A model generated the notes under the pieces. That model saw only the letters and a program-made list of their open reading frames with translations, had not been told where the DNA came from and did not search any database. The position numbers and the translations under genes are program-made. From Rhizophagus irregularis (lineage: Eukaryota), in assembly GCF_026210795.1 (NCBI RefSeq), contig NC_089433.1:1364001-1428000 (forward strand): DNA of 64,000 nt, written 5' to 3'. Positions 52,287-64,000 of this stretch are shown here, one piece after another; position 1 is the stretch's first letter, and each line of letters begins with the position of its first letter.

Positions 52287-55048
52287 ATGAGCAGACGTAG
52301 ACAGCGCAGGAAGCGACATGATGACTCAACAAGTGATACTGGAACTGATGTAACTGATATAGCCGATTTAGCAATCACTACGTCAAGGAACGATTCATCT
52401 AGACGATCATCCGAATCTTCGCGTAGACGTAAAAATAACAGCACTCCTGAAGCTATCGAAGAAATTGTGAATGAGACATTTTTCCTAAAACATGAACAAA
52501 ATAGACCTTTTCTTACTAAAAAACGAGTAGTTTTTACTGCGGGTATCATTTTTGGGCTTACAATTGCGTGGTTAATGGGGCAAAGAACAACCGAAATTTC
52601 CAATTATATCTCACTTGCTTTTTCGGATTTGGATTTTGCTAGCATATTACCAGCAAATATTCTTGTTGATGAACTTTTGGGCAATATTACTATGTTTCTC
52701 AAACCGAATATTACGCTTTTGGAAGATAAAGAATTTTATCCTGCTCTGGACATGCTTGAGAGAGGAGTGAAATCACATTTTCCAGTTGTTTTGGTTCCGG
52801 GAATTGTCTCAACCGTAAGCAATTTAATATTAATAAAATATTATTATTATAAATTTTGATTTCATTTTATAATAACTAGGGATTAGAAAGTTGGAGTACG
52901 TCAAATTGTTCACGGCCATATTTTCGGAAACGAATGTGGGGAACAACCAGTACGTTAAGTCATTAATAAATCATGAGTTATGATCCTATAATTATAAATT
53001 TATTATTTTTATTATTATTTTAATATAGCAATGTTTCGCGCCGTGTTATTGGATAAGGAATGTTGGATAGAAACCATGAGACTTGATCCCGACACCGGTT
53101 TAGATCCACCAAATTTTAAATTGCGATCTGCACAAGGTTTGATATTTAAATTGTCAAACGCAAAAGTCTATTTACTAGAATATGATTTATTTGTTTATTT
53201 TATTTATTTATTTCAAAGGTCTTGATGCAGCTGATTATTTGTTCCCTGGGTAAGAATATATCTGGTTATTTTTTATTTTTTATTTTTTTATTTTTTTCAT
53301 CTAAAATTTAATTCAACCATTATTCATTTCATCATAGATATTGGGTGTGGGGTAAATTTATTTATTATTATTTTTTTTTTATAATTGTCATCCTCATCTT
53401 TTTCACCCATACATCTATTAGGTAAATTGATACAAAATTTTGCAGCAATTGGTTATGATAATAATAATATGCATCTTGCTGCTTATGATTGGAGACTCTC
53501 ATTCTATAATCTTGAGGTTAGAGATCAGTATTTTTCTAAGCTTAAAGCGACTCTTGAACTTGCTAAAAAAGTTGATGGAAAGAAAAGTGTGATAGTTAGT
53601 CATTCGATGGGTTTGTCATTAGGTTTTTTTTTTAATTATATAAGAAAATTAAATAAAAATAATATTAATTTCAAAAATTCTACAGGAGGATTGGTGACTC
53701 TTTATTTTTTTAAATGGGTTGAATCACCTACGGGAGGAAACGGAGGTCCAAATTGGGTGAATGATTATGTAGAAGCATTTGTGAATATAGGTGGACCATT
53801 GTTGGGCTTACCTAAAGCTTTGTCAGCATTACTTTCAGGTATTTCGTTGATAAAGTTTTCTGCCTCATGTTCATTTAATAAATATTGTATTTATAATATT
53901 TTAGGTGAAATGCGTGACACCGTTGAATTAGGAGCTTTTGGAATTTATGTACTTGAACGTTTTTTCTCAAAGTTAGAACGTGCAGACTTATTTCGTACTT
54001 GGGGAGGTCTTTCTTCGATGTTACCTAAAGGTGGGGAAGAAATTTGGGGAAATGAATTCCAGGCACCTGATGATAGTGATGATACACAAGGAACTTACGG
54101 TTCCATGTTAACAATGCGATCATTAATTAAAAAGAAAGAGAATCCCAGTGAATCTAGCGATATAGTAAAAGTAAGAAACCACACATGTAAATCTGGTGTA
54201 CATTTTTTACAAAAGCATACGCCAAATAGATTTAGTGAAATGTTAACAAGAAATTATAGTTTTGGAGTAGTCACTGATGAAGAACAAATGCAAGAGATAA
54301 AAGAAGATCGTACCAAATGGACAAATGTGTTGGAATCTCAGTTACCTAATGCGCCTGATATGAAAATATATTGCTTATACGGATATGGGAAAGAAACTGA
54401 AAGAAAATATTATTATGCACGTGAACAGCTGGAGGACGAAGATGATGATGATGATGATGATGTTGAAGATGAAAATCAAGAAAAGCGTAAACGCTTCAGG
54501 GATAAACTTGGAGGATTTTTAAGAAATGTATTTATTGATAGTTCAGTAAGTTCTGATAAGGATCCTAAGATAAAAAGTGGTGTACATAATGGAGAAGGGT
54601 TAGTGCATTATATTATTTAATCTATTTAAGGTTTAAATATTAAGTTTGAATAACATTATTTCTTTAAATAAAAAAATATATATAGAGATGGTACAGTACC
54701 ATTACTTTCTTTAGGATACATGTGTGTTAAAGGATGGAAAAATCCCTTATATAATCCAGCAGGAATTAAAGTCATTACACGAGAATTTCAACATCAGGTA
54801 GGACCACCTTTGGATTTGCGTGGTGGAGAAAATACAGCAGATCATGTTGATATACTTGGAAATTATGAACTCACGGTAAAAAAAAAAATTCTTTTATGTT
54901 GGTATCTGTTATTTAGTAACTATCATTATTAATTTCCAAAAATTGTTAATAGAAGGACATATTGAAAATTGCATCTGGAAGTGTTAACGATCTCGAAGAT
55001 CGTATAACTTCTGCTATTCGAGAATTTGCGGCTAAAGTTAAATTATAA
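52287..55048 (+). CDS. LRO1: Phospholipid:diacylglycerol acyltransferase (PDAT, LCAT family)
   Basis: N-terminal TM helix; HFPVVLVPGIVSTGLESW, YFRKRMWG, LDPPNFKLRSAQGLDAADY, GYWVW, AAYDWRL, VSHSMG catalytic serine motif, LPNAPDMKIYCLYG, GEGDGTVPLLSLGYMC, ADHVDILG. Confidence 0.96.
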
Positions 55049-55557
55049 AAGAAAATATATCCATATGTTCTGCTGATTGAAAAAACGCCACTGTGGATAT
55101 CTAGACAATAATAGAAAAATCTATCGGTGTATACATAGGTATTGATATTGATAATGTTATAACACTTGGCAAATATTTCAATATTTAAAAATATATTTAT
55201 TTTTTATGAAATGATGATACCATTAATAGTAAAAAGTACATAATATTTTTCAAAGTATATTACGTCTAATTATTAGATTACACCTATTTTTTCTAAAATT
55301 TACTTTCTATTTAATACCTTTAAAAATTACAATGAATAAATAGTGTATTGAACTTCCATCTATAAATGATTGAAATATTGTCTTGAATATATTGAGTACC
55401 AGCGTCAGTATTTTGATTAAAGTATTTGGATTTAAATACTTTTTTTTTTGATAGAACTCCTTAATTCTTCAGAACGGGCTGTTTTGTAATTATAAAAATC
55501 TTTATTTAAAAAAAAATCAATAAATAGGAGGATATTTGTTTGCAAAACAAAAGAAAA

Positions 55558-55950
55558 TCATTGTTTTTGAGTATCTTTAGCCTCAGCCTTTTGATTTAAA
55601 CAACAAAATGCGGGCATTGAAGCAGATTGATCCCATGGTTTCAGCTTCGTATAGACCTCCTTATATGCTATAGTCATCAAGTTTGATAGAGCAGAATAAA
55701 CCATTCTTTTTTCAGATGGTTCAGAATCCCACATTTGTGATAAAGTTTTAGAATTTTCACCTGGTCGGTTTATGATCACGGAAGAATGATCTTTACAATA
55801 TAACATAAAAGAGTTTGGGGGTGTACGATTTGATGATGGTTTTAGAAGGTCTTTAAGAGGTAAATTAGTTTTAAGGATTATACCATGTTCTTCGATCATT
55901 TTATTTAAATTTTCGTCGATGGACTTCAATAATTCTGCTGATCGAGACAT
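55558..55950 (-). CDS. Small single-exon MATA-type HMG-box protein (divergent)
   Basis: ATG at 55950; RTPPNSFMLYCKD...SKTLSQMWDSEPSEKRMVYSALS...YKEVY matches the HMG-box pattern; preceded by an LPLKDLL segment. Confidence 0.8.
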   Translation of the reverse strand: MSRSAELLKSIDENLNKMIEEHGIILKTNLPLKDLLKPSSNRTPPNSFMLYCKDHSSVIINRPGENSKTLSQMWDSEPSEKRMVYSALSNLMTIAYKEVYTKLKPWDQSASMPAFCCLNQKAEAKDTQKQ

Positions 55951-57572
55951 TTTGTAATAATGAAGATATTTTATGGTAAAGATATTTAAAAGATTAACCA
56001 CTAGAAATGATGTTTAAATGTTAAATAATATTTTAATCTTTTATCGTGAAAAAAAAAGGTCTAAAATATCGTCATTTTATAGGAATTTCGTAACGCGTTG
56101 AACATAATATGTAAATTTATTCATGAATGTTGTGTTTCAAATGGGAACAATGTTTGTTTTAAAACTTTAAATCTTTTAATTTCCAAGCTTGATCGGTTAG
56201 TAAAAGTTGGGTAATTGTCTCGAAACGTTATTTCACATCGCAATGAAACACCGTTTGAACTTTATAAAAAAAGAAAATGAATATTTTAAAAAAGGAAATA
56301 ATAAACCTCATTAAGAAACATTGTTAAGGATATTAGTATTGAGTAGATACGAAAATTTTTTTAATTATTAAAAATCCGATAATTCGCTATAATAAAATGT
56401 TTAATTATTTATCGAATTCTGATTGTAATTTATTCAAATTTGGATTGAATTAAGTGAGATGAAACAATTAGAGTATGAAATGATTTACAAATTTGGACTC
56501 AACAAGCATGTGTAACATAATCAGGATCGCGTTACGACCTTTTAAATTATATAATTGTTATAACTAATAAATTTGACTGTATCAAGTATAAAAAGAACAA
56601 TAACTTTAATTCTTGTGTAATACATCAATACAAGTTTTCAAACAACAAAGAGCATTGTGTACAAGGATGGGGGTTAATTAAAGATTTGTACAGTATTACT
56701 AATGTAAAATTTGCACAGATCCCGATAAATTCCTGCAAATTCCATGGGAATCCCATCACTAATTGTGCATTGATACCAAATCCGTGATGATTCATTCAGC
56801 TTAAAAAGGATTTATAAATGTTTATAAATTTGGTATTTCTTACACCATTCAATCCGCTTTGTAAAGATTCTTATCAACTTCTTTTGTTCTACTTTTTTGA
56901 CCCTTTATCTAATTTATAAATAATAATTTAATTTTGATGTCTTGGCAACTTTTGTGCTCAGTCATTTGAAAGGTTTCAATTAAGTGCAACAAGCGTGTAT
57001 AGAGATTTCCGATTTTTTAAAAATTTTTTTATTTCGCTATGGATCATGGGCTTAAATAATGCCACAAATCATTAAGTTACAAATACTTTAACAATAACGA
57101 TAAAGAGAGAAGAAAATTCAAAAAATGTTGACAATGATCGTGGTCTAATGCGAAAAAGTACCAGACATTCCGGTATGAAAAAAAAATATCTCATTTATTT
57201 TTTCTTTTTTGCAGGTAGCCATTTGAATCTCCAGAGAATCTCTATTTGTTCCAGTTTTTAAACAATTGCCCATTCATAATGTTTAGAAATTCACTATTTG
57301 ACATAGATATATAGATGACATCAGCAATGTTTATTCAATTTATTATACCATACAGTTATTATTATTAAAATTGTAATATTATGTTTTTTATTTTCTTTCG
57401 AAAATGATAGAATCACATATATTCTGAGTAATATGACTATACAAAAGATATGTTGACTATAATACTAAATAGAAGGTATTCTTATATAGGGATGGAAACA
57501 ACCATATTATGAATTTTGATTACATTTGCTAAAACATAAAATATAATAAATATTGTTAATTGTATGTTAGAG

Positions 57573-57880
57573 TATCCAACATTCGCATATATTTAGTTCG
57601 TTTTTCACCGATTCTTCAAAAGAAAAATGTCATTCTCGAGATATGAAGCCGGAAAACATATTATTATCAGGTGATGATAAAAATTTCGGATTTCGGATGG
57701 GCAATCAATACACCAGACGCAAGCCAGATACGTAGGACATTCTGTGGTACGCTTAATTACTTACCACATGAAATGATCAAAGACTTGGGTTATGAAAGAA
57801 TAGATTTGTGGGCGCTTGGAGTGTTGTGTTGTGAATTTTTTGTCGGGGAGCCTCCTTTTATGGTTAAAGACCATGGGAGA
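57573..57880 (+). pseudogene. Aurora/Ipl1-type kinase fragment
   Basis: KNVI[H]RDMKPENILL (frameshift in HRD), IKISDFGWAI, RRTFCGTLNYLPHEM, IDLWALGVLCCEFFVGEPPF; DFGW is characteristic of Aurora kinases; N-lobe and C-terminus absent. Confidence 0.88.
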
Positions 57881-57955
57881 AATTGGTCTTGTCGGTTTTT
57901 TATGTATATTTATCGGTGAATAATATCGAATAGGTTGAGCGTGATGGCTACATAC

Positions 57956-58520
57956 ATCAGGGGAACCAGTAGGAAGTGGCTGCGCTTAAATTCACGCATC
58001 TTTTCCATTTCTCTTTTTCTTGACGAATCCTTTCTTTAATTTCTTGTGATTTCCTCTTGGAAATTTCCTCACCAAGTAAACTAAACATTGGTAATTCGAT
58101 TAACCGGTGTTCAATCACCGGTCTATTTGGTTCTTTATAATCGGGTACGGGATTAGCTTTAATGACATGTGGTGGTGAAGGACTCTTCGTTCTTGGTGGC
58201 TTAGGTTTCGTTATGGCCGGTGAATATGGTTCAGTCAGCTTTGGCTTTTGTACTTTTGGCTTTGGCACTATTGGTACGAACACACGTTTCTAATAGACGA
58301 GATATATTATTATTATAAACGTGTTAAAGTAATAATATGATAAATATGATAATAATTACTTGTATTCCACCACTCTTTTTAGCTAAATAATTTTTAGTTT
58401 GTGGAGTACTTGACGCTACCGACATGACCCGAGTCACCCGACTAACATCTTCCATATATTCAAACTTTTCGGCCACTTCAGGTTTGTCGTACACCTCTCT
58501 AAGTGCATTCCCCTTGGGAC
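57956..58520 (-). pseudogene. TPX2-like microtubule-associated protein fragment (two exons, intron 58290-58359)
   Basis: KLTEPYSPAITK, IKANPVPDY, FSLLGEEISKRKSQEIKERIRQE, then after small deletions EMEKMREF[K]AQPLP; GTATGT donor at 57955. Confidence 0.7.
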
Positions 58521-58940
58521 CATAGTAAAAAAATAGTAGAATGTACACTTAGAGAGGGTGGGCATATATAGAGAGTAAAATATTAAGAGCTCTTATTACC
58601 AAAAATCAGTTCAACAAAGATTATTATTTTTTTTTTATTTGAAGAGTGGTTAACAAAGTTACAAAGTTAACAAAGATTATAAAGATTCTTAAAAAGGACT
58701 TGTTAATCGCACGCGTATGACGTAAGAATAAACAAGTTTTTAATTGGTCCGTTAATATATAATAAGCTGTGTAACAACACTCTTTTTGCCATAGATCACC
58801 TGATTTTTTCATTTCAGGGATGATTAATTTTGGCCGGAATCAAAGAACCATAAATTTCGTCCTAATTTATATTATATATACCTTATTACTGTAATAAACT
58901 CTTCTTAAACTTGTTAACACCACCAATCAAAAATTTTTAA

Positions 58941-59446
58941 TTCATGATCCGCCAGTGAACCATAAAATTTGACTATTAAAAGGCGGTGATAAGTTCATAT
59001 ATATTTTTATCAATAATTTAGAATCTGCGATTCTGGAGAAAAAATATGGGATAACTCGCCTTCTATTGGTCATAAAGACATAAAATCATTACCATTAGAT
59101 GCGTCTCAATGAGACGAATCCGATAAACCAAATTTTATTTTCATACGACCACTAGATGATGAGTTATCTTTAAAATTTTAAAATACTAAATTTTTCTTTT
59201 TTTTCAAATTCAAATTTTCAGCTCTTATGAAAGTGTCTTTTGGTGCTTAAAATTTTTACCAGTCTTTTATTATTAAGATAGCCAAATGGCATATTTTTAT
59301 GCCTATAATATTAGTTTTCATATAATATTTTAGTAATTTGTACCTTGCATTGGCGGAACTGTAGATTCTGTGCTATTAGTAAATATATATATAACTTTCA
59401 CCGGAATTTAATAGCCAAGTTTTATGGTTCACTGGCGGATCACGAA
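58941..59446. mobile_element. TTAA-flanked non-autonomous TIR element (superfamily uncertain)
   Basis: TIRs TTCATGATCCGCCAGTGAACCATAAAA / TTTTATGGTTCACTGGCGGATCACGAA (1 mismatch), TTAA on both sides. Confidence 0.85.
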
Positions 59447-61309
59447 TTAAATCACATAATAGGCAACAGGATTAGCAACCTTAATATAATAAAATTTTCC
59501 TTTTAGAGTAAATATTCCCACATGCTATTTGTTGCATAATATAAAGTGCAGAAATTTTAGTATTGGTATAAATAGGTAAATCAACCCATTCTGAATTCAA
59601 ATACTTAAATATTTCTTTTCAAATTAGGTGATTAGTATTGATTTACTTTATTATATCTAATATCAAGATGTAATAAACCAAATCCATATATCCTTCTGTT
59701 ATCTTTTAAATATATTTACAGTATATAATTTTGAGATATTTAGTTAGTTAATTTAAATTTTAAAGTAATTGCTACTGAACTCCTCATTTTTTTTTGTTTC
59801 ACTCAGAGTGAAATTAATGTCAATAGGTTCTGCAAAAGTTGTGAATCCTGTATTATTAGAACTTATATATTCATGGCTATAAACATGCTATAAATATTAT
59901 AATATCACTTCTTGAAAGAGATTTTAATAATCATTCATAATTGAACTGCAATTTTTACATTATTGACATTAATTTTTTTTTTTTTCTGTAAATTAATTGA
60001 GTCTCATTTACTATTAAAATTGAATTAGATTGCATTGATTTATCCACTCTTTTTAGCTTATACCAAAATTCTCTTCCATCGCTCTTTAAATATATTTTAA
60101 TTGATATCTGTTTTCCAAAATAATAAAATTTATATTACTCTATAATTTAAAAATTCAAATGCATTAGTTAAAATGTACTCCAAAATTTAAACTATTGTTT
60201 TTTCAAAGAAAGGAGATATTTATAAATAAAACTGAAATTAAATAACAAAGTCAAAATGATTAAAAAAAAAATTCTATGGTCAAAATATAAAACTGAAATA
60301 AATTATAATAGTCAAAATGAATTATGAGAATCAAAATGTATTACAAGAATTGAAATATCAATAAAAGCTAATAATACAGCAATAATAATTTACTTAATAA
60401 TTTACTTATTTTATCAATCAAATACTAATATTGCTTTCAAAATATAAATAATTTTATTTGCAAATAATTTTATAAAAAGAATTCTCAATATTTAATTTTA
60501 AATTTAATTATATTAATTAAATATTTTCACATTTCTTCTTTTTTACTACTTTAAATTGTTTCATATATATTATAAATTGTCTCATCAATATATTCTAAAA
60601 ATATTTAATCTTTTATAATTGAAATTGAACTATTAATTCCTATTAACCTATCTGATCTTTTCAAGTGTTTTTTTCAAATAGAGTGATTTTAGTACTTTTG
60701 TTAAATAAAATAAACCTTTAAATAAAACTTGTTTACTTATAATAAAAGTTACCGTAAAAAATTGACCTTTTATTACTAATGATTTTTACTTTACTTTTTT
60801 CTTAAATTCTATTAATTAATTAGCTAAAAAGAAAAAAAATCATAATAATATAATATAAAATTTTCTTTTATAGTAAAATCTGCAAAGAATTTTATATATA
60901 ATTTTTACTTTAGATCTGAGAGTAATCTATCTTATAAATAAGCAGATCCTCTTACTTAAATATTAATTTTTATTAAATTTTTATAAAGTAATTAATATTT
61001 TTTACAATAGTATATTTAATTCTAAATATTAATAATTTTTATTTAATTATTTATTAAAATTAAATTTAATAAAGTAATAAGAATTATTTTCAAATATATT
61101 TATTGTAAAATAATAAATTAAAAAGAAATATCAGTTTTTTTTTTAATTTTTTTTTTAAAAAAAATAAATGTATTGTGCTAATTAAAATTCAGATATTATA
61201 AAATTACATGAAAGTAAAATTTTTTTTGTAATAATATTAAAGTAAATTAAATCAGTTTAATAAATTATATGACTAATATTAAAACTGATCAAAAAATATT
61301 AATCTAATA

Positions 61310-61700
61310 TAGTGATACCTGGCTAAACTCTTTTTGCCAAAAATTTCGGTTTAAATGTAACTAGTTTCGGTTTCGTCATTGACTAAACTATATAGTAATA
61401 ATTTTTAAGTTTAAATTTTAATTATATAAAATTATAGTTTTATTATAAAAATATATGAAATTATATTATACATATAATAGTTTTATAAATTTCTTTAAAA
61501 AACATTATATTTTAATATAAATTTATTATTTTTTTTTTTATAAGTAATTATTATAATTAAAAATCCATGGAAATCTATAAAAAATCCATGGAAATACTAT
61601 GGAATATTGAATTTCGGCATTTCGTCCTTTAATTTTAAATGTCTAAACTATTTCGGTTTAGTCAAATGACTAAATATTTCAGTTTCGCCCAGGATCTCTA
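61310..61700. mobile_element. hAT-type MITE
   Basis: Perfect 8-bp TSD ATCTAATA (61302-61309, 61701-61708); imperfect TIRs TAGTGATACCTGGCTAAAC / GTTTCGCCCAGGATCTCTA; iterated TTTCGG subterminal motifs. Confidence 0.85.
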
Positions 61701-63104
61701 ATCTAATATATTGTTAAAACTTAATATTAAATATATTATATAATATATAATGGCAAAATATTAAAAGTTTAGACAGTTTTAATATTTGTATTTTAAAGTA
61801 ATTTTGCAAAACTAATTTTAATAGGTTTGCATATATTCTGTAAAATCCTTTAATTTTAATAAGTAATTTTAGGTAATACTAAAGTTGTTTATTTAAATTT
61901 TTCTAAAATCTTACAATTAGTTTTTTCAAAATTGCTTTCTATAAGCCATTTCAAGTTATTCAAGCCTTGTTTAAAAAGATCTAAAGCTCTAAACTTTGCA
62001 AATCTCATTAAGCCTTATTAATTAATTAATTATAATCTTAGCTAATAGAATTTGGTAAAAATTTATAAAGGTTTGCCTTTTTGGATAAAGTTTACTTAGT
62101 TTGAAATGGCTCATAAAGAGCACTAAATTAATTTTGGTAAAATTTTAGCAGTTTCAACATTTATAATAAGTTTTATTAGGTTTTACTTTTCTCTAAAGTT
62201 TCGTTAATTTTTTAATAAGATTTTTATATAATTTTAGTAAAGTTTTGATATTTTAGCATTTCACCAACTTGCCAAATCCTTTAATTTCTCTAGTAACCTT
62301 AGATAATACACATTAAATATTAATTTATATTTGATATATATTAACTACATCTATACAAATTATCATTTAATATATAAATGAATATATACAGTTTATATAT
62401 TTTTACATATATTATATATTTTTTTTAAATAAAAATACTGGTAATTTTTTAATTCTATTAATTTTATATTAATTAGCAGTATAATATTTTATAATTTTTT
62501 ACTAATTAATAATATCATACCTTGAAATTTTAATGTTTTTCTACTAATTAGCAGTATAATTTTACAAAAAAGTAAAATAATTTTTTTAAATACATAATAT
62601 ATTATAAAAAAAAAATTGCTTATTTAATATAAATTATAAGAGTATAAACTAATTTTATATTAATTTTAATGAAAATATTTGCTTATTTTGCTGATTTATT
62701 ATTGATCTTTATATATATTTAAAATTTTTAAAATTAAAATAAAAAAAATGGTTAAAAATTATTTATTATTAATTTAAATTATTATAATTATAAAAAAATT
62801 ATATACAGTTAACTTTCTTTATAATTATTTTTTTTAAACCATTCAATAGTATAATTATAATAAAATGTACTTATTGATAAAGATATTAATCTGGTATTTT
62901 TATATATAAATAAGTATAATTATATATATATATATAAAATTTGTAATATATAAAATAAAGATATTATATATAATAATTTTTCATAAAATAAAAACTTTTT
63001 AAATTTAGAGTGCAGATTACATGTATTTTTATCAAATCATATAATTTGTGTATTTATATAAAGGAGAATTTATATATATTATTATAATATAAAACTGGCA
63101 ATTA

Positions 63105-63288
63105 GGAAGCTTGCATATATTATGTAATTATTAAAGGGGGGAGGGGGTAACCAAAATCTTACATTACATTTAATAAAATTATATGATTTATAAATATTAT
63201 AATTTGATTGGTTATTAAATTTAACAAGGGGGAGGGAGAGGAGTAAGTTTATATTAAACTGAATATTACATGATATGTGTAACTCTTC
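63105..63288. mobile_element. Decayed PIF/Harbinger (Tourist-like) MITE
   Basis: TTA flanks; imperfect TIRs GGAAGCTTGCATATATTATGTAAT / ATTACATGATATGTGTAACTCTTC; two internal G-tracts (GGGGGAGGG). Confidence 0.55.
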
Positions 63289-64000
63289 TTAGTGTAATTA
63301 TATTTATAATTACTGATAAAGTGATTATAAAAAATATATGCCTTATTAAAAAGGTTGAATTCTTATATAGAATTAACTGCATATATATAATTTACTATAT
63401 TAAAATATCAGCTCAAACATTCAGTATAATACAGTATGTATATATAGTATTAAATTGTATTAGTCAGTACAATTCAACCCTGTATATATTTATTAACAGA
63501 TTTTAACTGCATCTTAAAAATTTACAAGATAATATTAAATTAGCAATTTATTAGTATTCATAATGTATGTATTTGTAATAAAAATGAAAACCCATTTTAT
63601 AATAGAAAAAAAACAAAATTATTATAATTAATTGTTGCATATAGCTTACAATTTATATAAAAATTATGGAATTTATATTTATTTGACCTTTTCTTCTTTA
63701 TAAACAATGTAATGATATAACAGATATTTAAGTTTATTTTTTAAATAAATTACTAGTAATAAATATAAAGTGAAATTTTATATATAAATAATATGCATAA
63801 ATATTTACGTAATATTAATTATTTTTTATAAAAAGACATAAAGTTAGTAATATTTCAAATCACATGACTTAATACTATTTCAAATATGGGATGTGGCTTA
63901 GAAAGAAATGCGTAATAGTACCGTGTGTGACATTTTTATGGGGATTATGTAAATTGTAATTAACCTAAATTCAGTATATCGCAAAATCCGCAGTCAATAG

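Noticed and set aside
56140..56660. AACAAT/AACAAAG HMG-binding-like motifs upstream of the HMG gene
   Set aside because: Expected frequently by chance at this AT content.
57210..57300. Minus-strand ISKHYEWA peptide, vaguely glycosyltransferase-like
   Set aside because: Too short and interrupted by a stop.
59500..62300. Possible decayed transposase or repeat-protein remnants
   Set aside because: Too degraded to support any product call.

Overview
AT-rich, intron-dense eukaryotic DNA. It is most likely an arbuscular mycorrhizal fungus (Rhizophagus-like Glomeromycotina), inferred from gene content, short introns, a MATA-type HMG gene and the repeat style. Apparently intact host genes: an Integrator subunit 8-like gene carrying a U12-type intron (13-~4493, +), a velvet-domain regulator (-), intron-containing tRNA-Lys(CTT), the TORC2 subunit Rictor/Avo3 (-), PDAT/LRO1 (+) and a single-exon HMG-box gene (-). 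Mobile DNA: a 7.8-kb full-length LINE (ORF1 with RRMs and knuckle; ORF2 APE-RT-RNase H-CCHC) with a perfect 17-bp TSD, inserted inside a TA-flanked MITE, plus many small TIR elements (pogo-, hAT-, Harbinger-like, TTAA-flanked), several nested. About 20 kb upstream of the velvet gene has no intact gene I can recognise. It does hold a family-B DNA polymerase fossil, a candidate multibranch structured RNA, repeated non-coding exon/intron modules and a triplicated target site. Near 57.6-58.5 kb, decayed fragments of an Aurora kinase and a TPX2-like protein lie tail-to-tail. All calls were read by eye; no searches were run, and exon boundaries are manual.
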